From assembly GCA_023444045.1 (NCBI GenBank), contig JAEZRQ010000002.1:12102-76101 (forward strand): a DNA stretch of 64,000 bases, given 5' to 3'. The stretch is from Candidatus Parcubacteria bacterium. Lineage in GTDB: Bacteria > Patescibacteriota > Patescibacteriia > Patescibacteriales > UBA12465. The position numbers and the translations under genes are program-made. Below, piece by piece: positions 33,167 to 41,153 of the stretch. The notes beneath the pieces are model-generated. The model had not been told where the DNA came from. It worked only from the letters and a program-made list of their open reading frames with translations, and searched no databases. Within the stretch, counting starts at the first letter, position 1, and every line of letters begins with the position of its first letter.

Positions 33167-36100
33167 TTATTTGATTTCGGCAACTTCTATCTGCCTAATA
33201 TTTTCGTTAGACACGCCTAAAGCTAATTCCCTCATTATTCTTAGAGCGTCATCTGGACGACCTAAATAATGCATTTTTAAATCCGTAGGATCAATATAAT
33301 ATGCTTCGCCGTTACTTTTTACTCTTAGAAGTATTTTACCAGATAAGCGACTAGGAACTCCGTTTTTCTCAAAGTTTGCAAAATCTTTTTCACTTATCCC
33401 AAGACCAAGATTACGCATTAAGTTAAAAGCATCAGCAGCTCTCCCCATGAAATACTTTTGATTGCTGGTTGGCTCAACATACCAGGCCTGACCGCGTTCT
33501 TCAACTTGTAATAAAATTCTACCAGCCAAGCGATTAGATAACTTTTTGTTAACAGACTTAACTAAACTCTTTTCATAATTATATACTGATTTTATCTCTT
33601 CTTGATAGTTATCATCTATTTTGCTAGTTTCTACTGCTGTTGACTCGCCACAAGATCTTTCACTAGCTTCTCTCTGGGCAGCAGTTAGAGAGCAGTTATT
33701 CGGAGACTTACTTAACACATTACGGAATTGTTTTCCGGCAATACAAGTGTCTTGCCACTCATCATAAACAACATCTGAGCAGTTGCTAACGACCATTAAT
33801 GAACCAGAGTTACTAGGAGCTGGAGATGATGATCCTTCACTGTAAATAATATATTCTGAGAAGTGTTTGGTCCAAATAATTAAATCATTACCAACATTTA
33901 TTTTACAATCGCCACCATCAGGCAAAGCATCGCCAGTTGCCTGATTATCAGCCTCACAAACGGTATCTATTTCAAAAAACTCACCACTAGCATTTTTGTA
34001 TCCAGCTAATTCTCCCGCCTCACCAAATAAAGTTATTCTGGCCGCTTTATTAAAGATTAAATCACGATCAGGATCACCTATCTCAAAAGCTTTAAGCACG
34101 TTCTTGGCTGTTAGACTAATACTACCAGCATCTTTTTTTTGTGGTAAATGCAGAGTAGCCTGCCAAGATGGGTCCGAAGTTGAGATGGTAGTGCTAGCAA
34201 ACATTTCTAATTTTATCTTATCAGAAACATTAATAGTCATATCCTGAGCGATATCGGCCGTTACCATGGAATCGCTAGTTGATGCGATCAAGGATAAATC
34301 TAGGGTAGCTTGATTTTCCTCATCATCAATATTAATAGTAGTTGGCACAAAAATCATATCTTGAGACATTGCCAGATTTGAGGACTCCGAAGAAACACGC
34401 ATTACCACCGGAGACAAGTCAATAGCTGATAAACTGCTTTTGGTCATGCTGGATACTTGGCCAGTATTATCTTTAACCCAGGCATACAGACCATTTCCTA
34501 GTTCTGAAGTGTAAATGTGATCAAGAAAAGTTCCAGTAATTATTTTTTTACCATCCGCCGAGGAGGCAAATGATTGCCATCGATAGTGGCCGGCGTTATT
34601 TATCTTCGTCCAATTATCTCCACCATCGCTAGATATATATATATTACTTAAGAACACCCCCTCTTCAATCTCATAGTGCCCACCAGCCACTATCCTGCTG
34701 CCATCATCAGAGACAGTAACCCCGGTAAGATATTTAACATCCTCATCAATTAATTTTGGCGTCCAGGTAGCACCACTATCATCCGATATTAAGATAAAAT
34801 CATTACCAGGGTCTTCATCGCCAACATTATTATAACCAGTGCACAAAGCTACTAACTTATTACCATTAGATGAGGAGGTAATTGTCGTCCAATTACAAGA
34901 CTCACTTACCCCTCTTTCAGTCCAAGAAGCACCACTATTAGTTGAGGTAAATAAATGAGAGCTCATTTCGCCAGTGTCATAATCAATTTCCTTACCAACA
35001 ACCGCCAACTTATTACCATTAGACGAAGAAGTAATTGACGTCCAATAATAAGACCCCCCAACATTTCTTTCTGTCCAATTTTTACCACCATTAGTAGAAG
35101 TGAGTAGATGATAAATTTCAGCATAATCATTATCACTATCAAGTGTATAGGCAGTGGCAACTAATTTATCGCCACTATCAGATGAAGCAATAGCGGTCCA
35201 GGCACGATTACCAGCACTATACCTCTTTGTCCAAGTAAGACCACTATTAGTTGAAGTGTAGATATAGCCATAGTTTTCGTTATCTAATCCAGCCGCCGCT
35301 AACTTACTACCGTCAACTGACGAAGTGACCCCTATCCAATTTCTCCTACCCGCATTAGTTCTTGCTGTCCAATCTAACCCACTATTAGTTGATGTGTATA
35401 TATAACCATCTTGTGCCTCATTTCCTCCATAAGAGGCCGCTACTATTTTATTACCATCATTTGAAGCGGCAATTGACGTCCACCAAGCATCTTCATCAAC
35501 AATACGCTGATTCCAATTATTTGGAAGCGAGGCTTTAACTGCTGGGAAAGTATAACTAGTTGGAATTGAGCTTAGCCATCCAGAAGCGTCAGCTTCGGGC
35601 CTATCAGCATTTTCAGTTAACATATAACCAGTTATTGAACCATCATCAGAAGCGGTTAAGCTAACTGGCACAGTTAGGGAGGTGGAAGAAGCTGGGATAC
35701 TAAAAGAATCTACAACTGGTAATAAGTCTACTGCTATAGTACTAGTTGCTTGTGTAGAGATATTAATTCCGTCTTTTACCCAAGCGTATAGAGTTCTTGT
35801 CCCCATAGGAGTACCAGATTCTAAAATCCAAACAGCTGGATTTACAAAGGACCAATTTTCATCATCTAAAGCAGGGGCTTCTGCTGATTCGGTAATCATA
35901 TATCCAGTAACCTGATTATCATCCTCAGCATTTATTTCTATATCAATAACTAAAGAATCGGAGTTTTCTGGAGCAGTAAATGATGTTATAGCTGGCGCAT
36001 TTTCATCAATTAGCACAGTAGCAAAAGATTTTGTTGTTAAAGAGGATATCTGGTCATTAGCATCTTTTACCCAAGCATGCAAACTATTACCTCGCTCAGA

Positions 36101-37252
36101 CATATAAATAAAATGTGGATCATACTTGATTGCCGCCATGACTTTATGCCCATCTTGAGAAATAAATAACAAACTCCAAGGAATTCCTCCTTCTTCTTCT
36201 CTTGTTGTCCAAGTATCCCCGCCATCAGTAGAAATAGAAATATACATATAGCTGGAGTCTACTCTGCCGCCAACCACGATAACTTCTCCATCGCCAGAAA
36301 TAGCTATTGGGCCTAAATATCTAGTTTCTCCACTAGCAAGCCAAGTTTCTCCACCGTCATCAGAAATATAAACAGACCCCTGACTTTGGGTAACTACTAA
36401 TCTTGAGCCATCAGCTGAATAAGCGATTGAGTCTAAAGACATAAGACCAAAACTTGGTCTCTTAATCCAGTTTTCTCCACCATCAGAAGATGTATAAATA
36501 TCACTACTGGCTAAAGCGGCTAATTTCATACCATCAGCTGAAGAGGTAATTTCTTTCCAACCTCTATTACTATCAAATATTCTTTCAACCCAAGTTTCAC
36601 CACCATCGTTAGAGGTATGAATATTGCCAAGAGGTGCAGCCATGACTAATTTTATACCATCAGCTGAAGAAGTAATTATTCCCCAATTTTTAAAGCCAGC
36701 TTCGGTTCTCTGGGTCCACGTTTCGCCGCCATCAGAAGAGGTATAAATATAGCCAGCACCAGCTGTGGCAGCTAACTTCATGCCGTCTGCCGAAGAAGTA
36801 ATATCTTTCCAACTCCTTGAACCAGCTTCGGTCCTCTGAATCCACGTTTCGCCGCCATCAGAAGAGGTATAAATATAGCCACCATTTTCTACTGCTGCTA
36901 ATCTACTACCATCAGCTGAGCCAGTTAAGGCCATCCATTGAGTTGAGGTAGCCTTCTGTTCCCAAGAAGATAAAGTCGTACCATTCACGCTAGAGAAAGT
37001 ATACTCAGTTGGAGCAGATTCCTGCCAATTTTCATCTTCCAAAACAGGAGCTTCAGCTGATTCGCTTAGCAAATAGCCAGTAATTGCTGCGCTAGATGAA
37101 GCACTGATACTTACCGGAACCGTTGAAGAAGAAGAAGTTCTAGGCACAGAAAAAGAGTTAATAGTTGGCTTACTAGGATCCGCTTTAACAAAGTTGACCG
37201 CTGTCAACAGAAAAAGCACTCCAAAAACCAAAATGGTTATAGATTTTTTCAT
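33167..37252 (-). CDS. Giant secreted protein: three Ig-like modules, two BNR/Asp-box beta-propellers, C-terminal duplicated ~55-aa domain
   Basis: 1361 aa with a signal peptide. About 14 Asp-boxes (SSDGGETW x4, SNDGGETW, SSDGGENW, SDDGGETW, STDGGDTW, STNSGLDW, STNSGLTW, STNGGKNW, STNSGASW, SDDSGATW, SSDGGDNW). The module ...ITGY(L/M)(L/I)(S/T)E(S/N)A(E/D)(A/R)P... occurs three times. The C-terminal pair is GRILLQVEERGQAWYVEP... / GKILLRVKSNGEAYYIDP... Confidence 0.8.
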   Translation of the reverse strand: MKKSITILVFGVLFLLTAVNFVKADPSKPTINSFSVPRTSSSSTVPVSISASSSAAITGYLLSESAEAPVLEDENWQESAPTEYTFSSVNGTTLSSWEQKATSTQWMALTGSADGSRLAAVENGGYIYTSSDGGETWIQRTEAGSRSWKDITSSADGMKLAATAGAGYIYTSSDGGETWTQRTEAGFKNWGIITSSADGIKLVMAAPLGNIHTSNDGGETWVERIFDSNRGWKEITSSADGMKLAALASSDIYTSSDGGENWIKRPSFGLMSLDSIAYSADGSRLVVTQSQGSVYISDDGGETWLASGETRYLGPIAISGDGEVIVVGGRVDSSYMYISISTDGGDTWTTREEEGGIPWSLLFISQDGHKVMAAIKYDPHFIYMSERGNSLHAWVKDANDQISSLTTKSFATVLIDENAPAITSFTAPENSDSLVIDIEINAEDDNQVTGYMITESAEAPALDDENWSFVNPAVWILESGTPMGTRTLYAWVKDGINISTQATSTIAVDLLPVVDSFSIPASSTSLTVPVSLTASDDGSITGYMLTENADRPEADASGWLSSIPTSYTFPAVKASLPNNWNQRIVDEDAWWTSIAASNDGNKIVAASYGGNEAQDGYIYTSTNSGLDWTARTNAGRRNWIGVTSSVDGSKLAAAGLDNENYGYIYTSTNSGLTWTKRYSAGNRAWTAIASSDSGDKLVATAYTLDSDNDYAEIYHLLTSTNGGKNWTERNVGGSYYWTSITSSSNGNKLAVVGKEIDYDTGEMSSHLFTSTNSGASWTERGVSESCNWTTITSSSNGNKLVALCTGYNNVGDEDPGNDFILISDDSGATWTPKLIDEDVKYLTGVTVSDDGSRIVAGGHYEIEEGVFLSNIYISSDGGDNWTKINNAGHYRWQSFASSADGKKIITGTFLDHIYTSELGNGLYAWVKDNTGQVSSMTKSSLSAIDLSPVVMRVSSESSNLAMSQDMIFVPTTINIDDEENQATLDLSLIASTSDSMVTADIAQDMTINVSDKIKLEMFASTTISTSDPSWQATLHLPQKKDAGSISLTAKNVLKAFEIGDPDRDLIFNKAARITLFGEAGELAGYKNASGEFFEIDTVCEADNQATGDALPDGGDCKINVGNDLIIWTKHFSEYIIYSEGSSSPAPSNSGSLMVVSNCSDVVYDEWQDTCIAGKQFRNVLSKSPNNCSLTAAQREASERSCGESTAVETSKIDDNYQEEIKSVYNYEKSLVKSVNKKLSNRLAGRILLQVEERGQAWYVEPTSNQKYFMGRAADAFNLMRNLGLGISEKDFANFEKNGVPSRLSGKILLRVKSNGEAYYIDPTDLKMHYLGRPDDALRIMRELALGVSNENIRQIEVAEIK
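36696..36880. repeat. Near-identical 59-nt segments 126 nt apart (adjacent propeller blades)
   Basis: 36696-36754 versus 36822-36880, with 56/59 identical by my count (ccagcttcggt..tccacgtttcgccgccatcagaagaggtataaatatagcc). Confidence 0.8.
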
Positions 37253-37360
37253 AATTTTTTATTTAGTTTGTATTACAAATTTAGTATAACATAAATTAAA
37301 TAAATATTTAAATTTATTTAATTTTTTTATAAATTTTCTTTGTAATATAATTAAAATGTT

Positions 37361-37390
37361 TAAAAAAATAAGGTTATCAGCCTTATTTTT
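37361..37390 (-). terminator. Terminator of the HTH-PRTase gene
   Basis: Minus strand reads aataagg-ctgataa-ccttatt followed by TTTTTTT. Confidence 0.65.
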
Positions 37391-37391
37391 C

Positions 37392-38378
37392 TTAAACTTC
37401 GCTAATGACATCAAAACCATTAAAACTACCGGTTATGGTTAAACCAATGATTTTCCCTTTGCACATTTTCTTTTCTCTAATTTTTTTAGCTGTTTCATTT
37501 AAAGTCGCGCCCGAACCAACTGCATCATCAATTAATAATATATTATTAAAAAAAGAACTATTTGGAACAATAATTGTGTCTCTAGCGTTCTCAACTCTAT
37601 CTATCAATTTATTTAGAGTTTTCTGCGGTACGGCTACAGCAGTCTTAATCTTAATAATTTCAAGTTTTCTAGAATTTAGGTTCAGGCCTTTTTCTAATAC
37701 TTTCATTAATTGCATTTCTCTCTTTACGGTTGGCGGTATAAAGCCAACCCCATCAATTTTAAATTTTTTAATAATTTTACCAATGTCTGGCTTTATTATC
37801 TCAATAATCTCCTGCATTAATCTTTTATTTTGACTTTGTTTGGCATAAAGAAGAAGTTGCCCTAATCTTGTTTTTCCAAATCTTTCAATACTATAAAAAT
37901 CAATATAAAATAATTTATCAATAAAAATATCCTTAAAGGTTTTTTTCAATTTTTCCTCACTATCAATAAGTCCATCTTTTTTGTATCTTTCATATTTTTT
38001 AAATGTTTTAAAGTATTCTATGGCAGTTTTTTCTAGCGGCAAATTATTTTTTTGGCAACAATATTTAAAACCATCAACCCCCTCTTTTCTCTCGCCTGAT
38101 GGAGTGATCATTAAAAAATTTCTGGTAATTATTTTTTTTATTTCATCATCTATATTAAAATCATCCTGATTAGTCTCAGATTTTATGGGCACAGCAATAG
38201 AATAGTATACTTTAGGTGGACGCCCACTTTTTAACAAGACACGGTCATCTATTAGTTTTGCTAAATGATGCTTAAATAAGGCCTGTCTACTAATACCAAG
38301 ATAGTCAACTAATTCATTAGCTGATACGTGTTTTTTATCTTTTATATACTTAACTATTTTTGAAGAGTTTGTATTCAT
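37392..38378 (-). CDS. Winged-helix DNA-binding domain fused to a phosphoribosyltransferase (ComF-like PRTase) domain
   Basis: 328 aa. N-terminal HTH (VSANELVDYLGISRQALFKHHLAKLIDDRVLLKSGRPPKVYY). C-terminal PRPP loop ILLIDDAVGSGATLNETA. Confidence 0.7.
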   Translation of the reverse strand: MNTNSSKIVKYIKDKKHVSANELVDYLGISRQALFKHHLAKLIDDRVLLKSGRPPKVYYSIAVPIKSETNQDDFNIDDEIKKIITRNFLMITPSGERKEGVDGFKYCCQKNNLPLEKTAIEYFKTFKKYERYKKDGLIDSEEKLKKTFKDIFIDKLFYIDFYSIERFGKTRLGQLLLYAKQSQNKRLMQEIIEIIKPDIGKIIKKFKIDGVGFIPPTVKREMQLMKVLEKGLNLNSRKLEIIKIKTAVAVPQKTLNKLIDRVENARDTIIVPNSSFFNNILLIDDAVGSGATLNETAKKIREKKMCKGKIIGLTITGSFNGFDVISEV

Positions 38379-38386
38379 ATATAAAC

Positions 38387-38423
38387 AGTATACATAGTTG
38401 ACAGTTAACTGTCAACTGTCAAC
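38387..38423 (-). promoter_or_regulatory. Promoter overlapped by a perfect 20-bp palindrome plus a third half-site
   Basis: GTTGACAGTTAACTGTCAAC (38397-38416) is a perfect palindrome, and an extra TGTCAAC lies at 38417-38423. On the minus strand, the TTGACA within the palindrome, a 17-nt spacer and TATACT (38392-38387) form the promoter. The ATG lies 8 nt after the -10. Confidence 0.6.
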
Positions 38424-38544
38424 CTAATCACTTCATCGCCTTCTTGTTAAAAACTCACTAATAAAGATTGACTTCTATCTGTTGACTATTAGCTAGTTCG
38501 GCTTACTCACTCTATCCAACAGTAACACCCTCACCATATATAAA

Positions 38545-38576
38545 CAAAAAAGTAGCCTATTAAAGCTACCTTTTTT
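38545..38576. terminator. Weak bidirectional terminator following tRNA fragment C
   Basis: gtagc-ctattaaa-gctac is a 5-6 bp stem flanked by an A-run and a T-run. Confidence 0.4.
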
Positions 38577-38580
38577 CTAA

Positions 38581-38607
38581 CTGCGGACCACCTCGGACTG
38601 GAACCGT
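38581..38607 (-). pseudogene. tRNA 3'-end fragment (copy C; T-arm plus acceptor strand of a different tRNA)
   Basis: Minus strand reads ACGG-TTCCAGT-CCGAG-GTGGTCC-G-CAG. This is a near-complete T arm, a 7-nt acceptor 3' strand, discriminator G and a CAGT trailer. No anticodon or D arm can be folded upstream. Confidence 0.5.
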
Positions 38608-38694
38608 AATTTTGGCAAGCACAGCAAGGCTTTTTGGTGATTATTTAAAAATTTAATAAATAAAATTCTCGTGCATTATAATTTGATTTAAAAA

Positions 38695-39234
38695 TTAATC
38701 CAAATTTTCCTGCCTTTTTTTAATTCTTTTAGAAGCATCTAACAACTTTTCAACTATTTTAGCTGACTTTAAAATACTCTGTGGTAATTCTGAAGGTCTA
38801 TTATTATATACATTAAAAAATCCCGTTTTTGTTGATGCAGAATCTAAAGATACTAAAATTCTACCTAAAAACAAATTACTACTCTGACTTTCAAAATATT
38901 TTAAATATTCTTCTTCCACTTTTTCATCGGAAGCATTTTCTAAATAATCAAATTTTTGTGATATAGCATCTAAATTTAATGCCTTCTGCCATCCTAACTC
39001 CCTCTGCTCTAACCCTTTATCTAATGCTTCTTGGCTAATATTTCTCAAGGCAACAGCAATGTCTTCTCCAGTCTTCATCTGATTTAAACAATTATTCACA
39101 ATACCATCGGCCATTTCTTGGCTTTCAGTATTATTTTCTTCAGTGTCTTTTTGGTCTAAATTTAAATTTTCTTTTTTAGTGCCCTCGGATTTTTGTTCTT
39201 GTTTTATTGAATTAACATTTGATTCAAAATTCAT
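38695..39234 (-). CDS. Acidic hypothetical protein (cassette 2 downstream of tRNA-Ser(GCU))
   Basis: 179-aa ORF starting MNFE, with a low-complexity E/K/N-rich N-terminus. No family recognised. Confidence 0.5.
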   Translation of the reverse strand: MNFESNVNSIKQEQKSEGTKKENLNLDQKDTEENNTESQEMADGIVNNCLNQMKTGEDIAVALRNISQEALDKGLEQRELGWQKALNLDAISQKFDYLENASDEKVEEEYLKYFESQSSNLFLGRILVSLDSASTKTGFFNVYNNRPSELPQSILKSAKIVEKLLDASKRIKKRQENLD

Positions 39235-39257
39235 AAATTTTTATTTAAATTATTTAT

Positions 39258-39291
39258 ATAAAAACAAAATAGCATTTTATTGCTATTTTGT
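39258..39291 (-). terminator. Terminator following tRNA fragment B
   Basis: acaaaatagca-ttttat-tgctattttgt is an 11-bp perfect stem, with TTTTT on the minus strand. Confidence 0.7.
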
Positions 39292-39294
39292 AAA

Positions 39295-39327
39295 CTGCGG
39301 AGAGGGTGGGATGTAGTTGGAATGGTT
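39295..39327 (-). pseudogene. tRNA 3'-end fragment (copy B, near-duplicate of copy A)
   Basis: The plus strand ctgcggagagggtgggatgTAgttggaaTggtt differs from copy A (20367) at 3 of 33 positions. It has the same ATCCCACCCTCTCCG-CAG tRNA-like end, followed by a terminator as in a real tRNA gene. Confidence 0.55.
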
Positions 39328-39336
39328 ATAAAATAA

Positions 39337-40089
39337 TTATTTATAAACCGTATCTAATATTCTATTAAAAAATGGTAAATCTTCTTCGTGATAATAATTA
39401 CTAATCATTTTAACAATATCCTCTCTATTTTTTCCCTCTTCTTTTAAAAATTGGAATTGTTTTGTAAAAGTCGCTTGTTCAACTGGATTATTAGGATAAG
39501 AATATTCCGTTTTTAAATCATCAAAAGCAAATTTTTCCATATTCTTTTGATAATCTTCTGGGGTTGCGGAGTCTAAAAAGGTTTGGCAATGTGTTAACTC
39601 GTGAACCATCCAAGCAATTTCATCAGGATTTTCTTTTGTCTCGAAATAACTCTGTTTTATTAAAATTATATTATTTTCAGCGTCCGATTCTGATGGTTGA
39701 CCACCCTTCACCCATAAATCATCTGGAATTATGGCAATATTTGTATCACCTAATCGCTTATCATTAAGCGCTTCGAACTGTTTTTGATAATTTGTTGGCA
39801 AATCTTTTGCTTTTAGCAGTTCCAATCTTTCAATATCACTATCGTCTAACTCTAAGTAGTTTTTTAAATATTTTTGTGTTTCTATATTTGGATTAAATTT
39901 TTCCGAGCCGAGAGAGGCTCTTATTTCAGCGAGTTTGATAGCGTCCTCTTTTTTTATTATTTGCTGTTCTTTTTCTAAATCAACGGAAGACAAATCATCA
40001 AGATTTTCATTCCGAGTAATTGTTTGTTTTTCTGGTTTTGGTTTTTCTGATGAATTATTTTTTGTTACCAAGTCTTGTTCAAAATTCAT
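39337..40089 (-). CDS. Hypothetical protein with HExxH zinc-metallopeptidase-like motif (cassette 1)
   Basis: 250 aa, starting MNFE. Contains IAWMVHELTHCQTF (HExxH). No family recognised beyond the motif. Confidence 0.5.
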   Translation of the reverse strand: MNFEQDLVTKNNSSEKPKPEKQTITRNENLDDLSSVDLEKEQQIIKKEDAIKLAEIRASLGSEKFNPNIETQKYLKNYLELDDSDIERLELLKAKDLPTNYQKQFEALNDKRLGDTNIAIIPDDLWVKGGQPSESDAENNIILIKQSYFETKENPDEIAWMVHELTHCQTFLDSATPEDYQKNMEKFAFDDLKTEYSYPNNPVEQATFTKQFQFLKEEGKNREDIVKMISNYYHEEDLPFFNRILDTVYK

Positions 40090-40252
40090 ATGTAATAATT
40101 TGCTTTTTCTTAAAACCTTTTTAATAAATAAATTATAACATTTTTAATGGGATATGTCAAAAATGCTTGCTTTGGAATTATATTTATTGTTATAAATATT
40201 AGCTAAAATATTTTTACTTACACCCCTTCCATCTTTGGAACGTTTAGACACC

Positions 40253-40279
40253 AAAAAATAAGGCAATAACCTTATTTTT
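40253..40279 (-). terminator. tRNA-Ser(GCU) terminator
   Basis: Minus strand reads aataagg-ttattg-ccttatt followed by TTTTTT. Confidence 0.65.
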
Positions 40280-40288
40280 GCTTTACTG

Positions 40289-40378
40289 CGGAGAGACAGG
40301 GATTCGAACCCTGGATAGGAGTTAGACTCCTATAACAGGTTAGCAACCTGCCGCCTTCAGCCTCTCGGCCACCTCTCC
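40289..40378 (-). tRNA. tRNA-Ser (anticodon GCU), class II, CCA not encoded
   Basis: Hand-folded: acceptor GGAGAGG/TCTCTCC (one G-U pair), anticodon arm GCAGG-TTGCTAA-CCTGT, long variable arm, T arm CAGGG-TTCGAAT-CCCTG. 90 nt. Confidence 0.9.
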
Positions 40379-40475
40379 AACTCTTTATTATTTTGTGTTA
40401 TAATAACTATATAACTATATAAAAATAAGTCTGGCTTGTCAATTTACGACTTATTGTTTTTATAACCATAAAAAT

Positions 40476-41000
40476 ATGGAGGAAAATAACAAAGTAGAGA
40501 GCTTAAAATGGCAAATTCCCGAATTTGAGGTAGTTGAAAGAAACCGTAATTGGTATATTCTGGCAGGGATTACTATGTTAGTATTCTTGTTTTTCTGTTT
40601 CTTTGAGATTGTAAAATGGCGACCGGTTTTTTTAGGATCAAATTCTAATTTCATCTTTGCTATTATTTTAATCCTCTCCGCTATTATTATGATTATCCGT
40701 GATGGCCAAAATCCTCGTTTAATTGACTTTGAATTAGGTCCTGAAGGAATCACTATCGGCCATAAATTCTACGACTACGATTTAATTAAAAACTTCTCTG
40801 TTATTTACAAACCAAATATTGATTTTAAAAATATTTATATTGAATTTAAGAACAGCTTTATTTACCCACGCTTATCAATTCACCTAGAAGATCAAGATCC
40901 AATTATTATTAGAAACTATCTTCTTAGATACTTAGACGAAGATTTAGAACGACTAAACCCGCCAACTTCCGAACAGTTGACTAGAATACTAAAACTATGA
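40476..41000 (+). CDS. Membrane hypothetical protein (2 TM + small cytoplasmic domain)
   Basis: 174 aa with SD-like GGAGG overlapping the start region and two TM segments. Ends with TGA. Confidence 0.55.
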   Translation: MEENNKVESLKWQIPEFEVVERNRNWYILAGITMLVFLFFCFFEIVKWRPVFLGSNSNFIFAIILILSAIIMIIRDGQNPRLIDFELGPEGITIGHKFYDYDLIKNFSVIYKPNIDFKNIYIEFKNSFIYPRLSIHLEDQDPIIIRNYLLRYLDEDLERLNPPTSEQLTRILKL

Positions 41001-41023
41001 TTTAATAAGGGGAGACTTTTAAG

Positions 41024-41098
41024 GTCTCCGTAGTTTAATGGATAGAACGCAAGCTTGCGGAGCTTGTAATCTAGGTTCGATTCCTAGCGGGGACACCA
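41024..41098 (+). tRNA. tRNA-Arg (anticodon GCG), CCA encoded
   Basis: Hand-folded: acceptor GTCTCCG/CGGGGAC, D arm GTTT-AATGGATA-GAAC, anticodon arm CAAGC-TTGCGGA-GCTTG, T arm CTAGG-TTCGATT-CCTAG, discriminator A, CCA. 75 nt. Confidence 0.8.
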
Positions 41099-41110
41099 GT
41101 ATAATTATAA

Positions 41111-41137
41111 ATATCGCCTTAGTGGCGATATTTTTTT
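41111..41137 (+). terminator. tRNA-Arg terminator
   Basis: atatcgcc-ttagt-ggcgatat followed by TTTTTTT. Confidence 0.75.
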
Positions 41138-41138
41138 G

Positions 41139-41147
41139 TGTTATAAT
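41139..41147 (+). promoter_or_regulatory. Extended -10 (TGTTATAAT) 6 nt upstream of the recG ATG
   Basis: TGTTATAAT at 41139-41147, with ATG at 41154. Confidence 0.45.
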
Positions 41148-41153
41148 AGCAGT

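Noticed and set aside
37293-37324. A 32-bp near-perfect palindrome (AAATTAAATAAAT..ATTTATTTAATTT, 30/32 positions self-complementary) upstream of the BNR giant gene.
   Set aside because: It consists of A/T only in an A/T-rich spacer, so it is low-complexity and easily arises by chance. It may still act as a curved-DNA/UP element, but I cannot support a specific function.
38379-38694. The 316-bp spacer considered as a possible small RNA or missing gene.
   Set aside because: It is explained by the palindromic promoter/operator (38387-38423), tRNA fragment C and its terminator. The remaining sequence (38424-38544) shows no ORF, strong hairpin or repeat that I can support.
20367-39339. Copies A (20367) and B (39295) of the tRNA-fragment repeat share about 40 of 45 nt. 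They are direct repeats 18.9 kb apart and could be read as attL/attR of a genomic island containing the RT block, the copper genes and the BNR giant.
   Set aside because: No integrase, recombinase or transposase lies between them. The interval includes housekeeping genes (ung, mgtE) and by eye has the same composition as its flanks. Each copy is better explained locally as a scar next to its own tRNA-Ser gene. This remains worth a comparative-genomics check.
41136-41153. The track's TTG start for recG (MCYNSS...).
   Set aside because: These codons are the TGTTATAAT promoter element itself. The conserved RecG sequence starts at ATG 41154.
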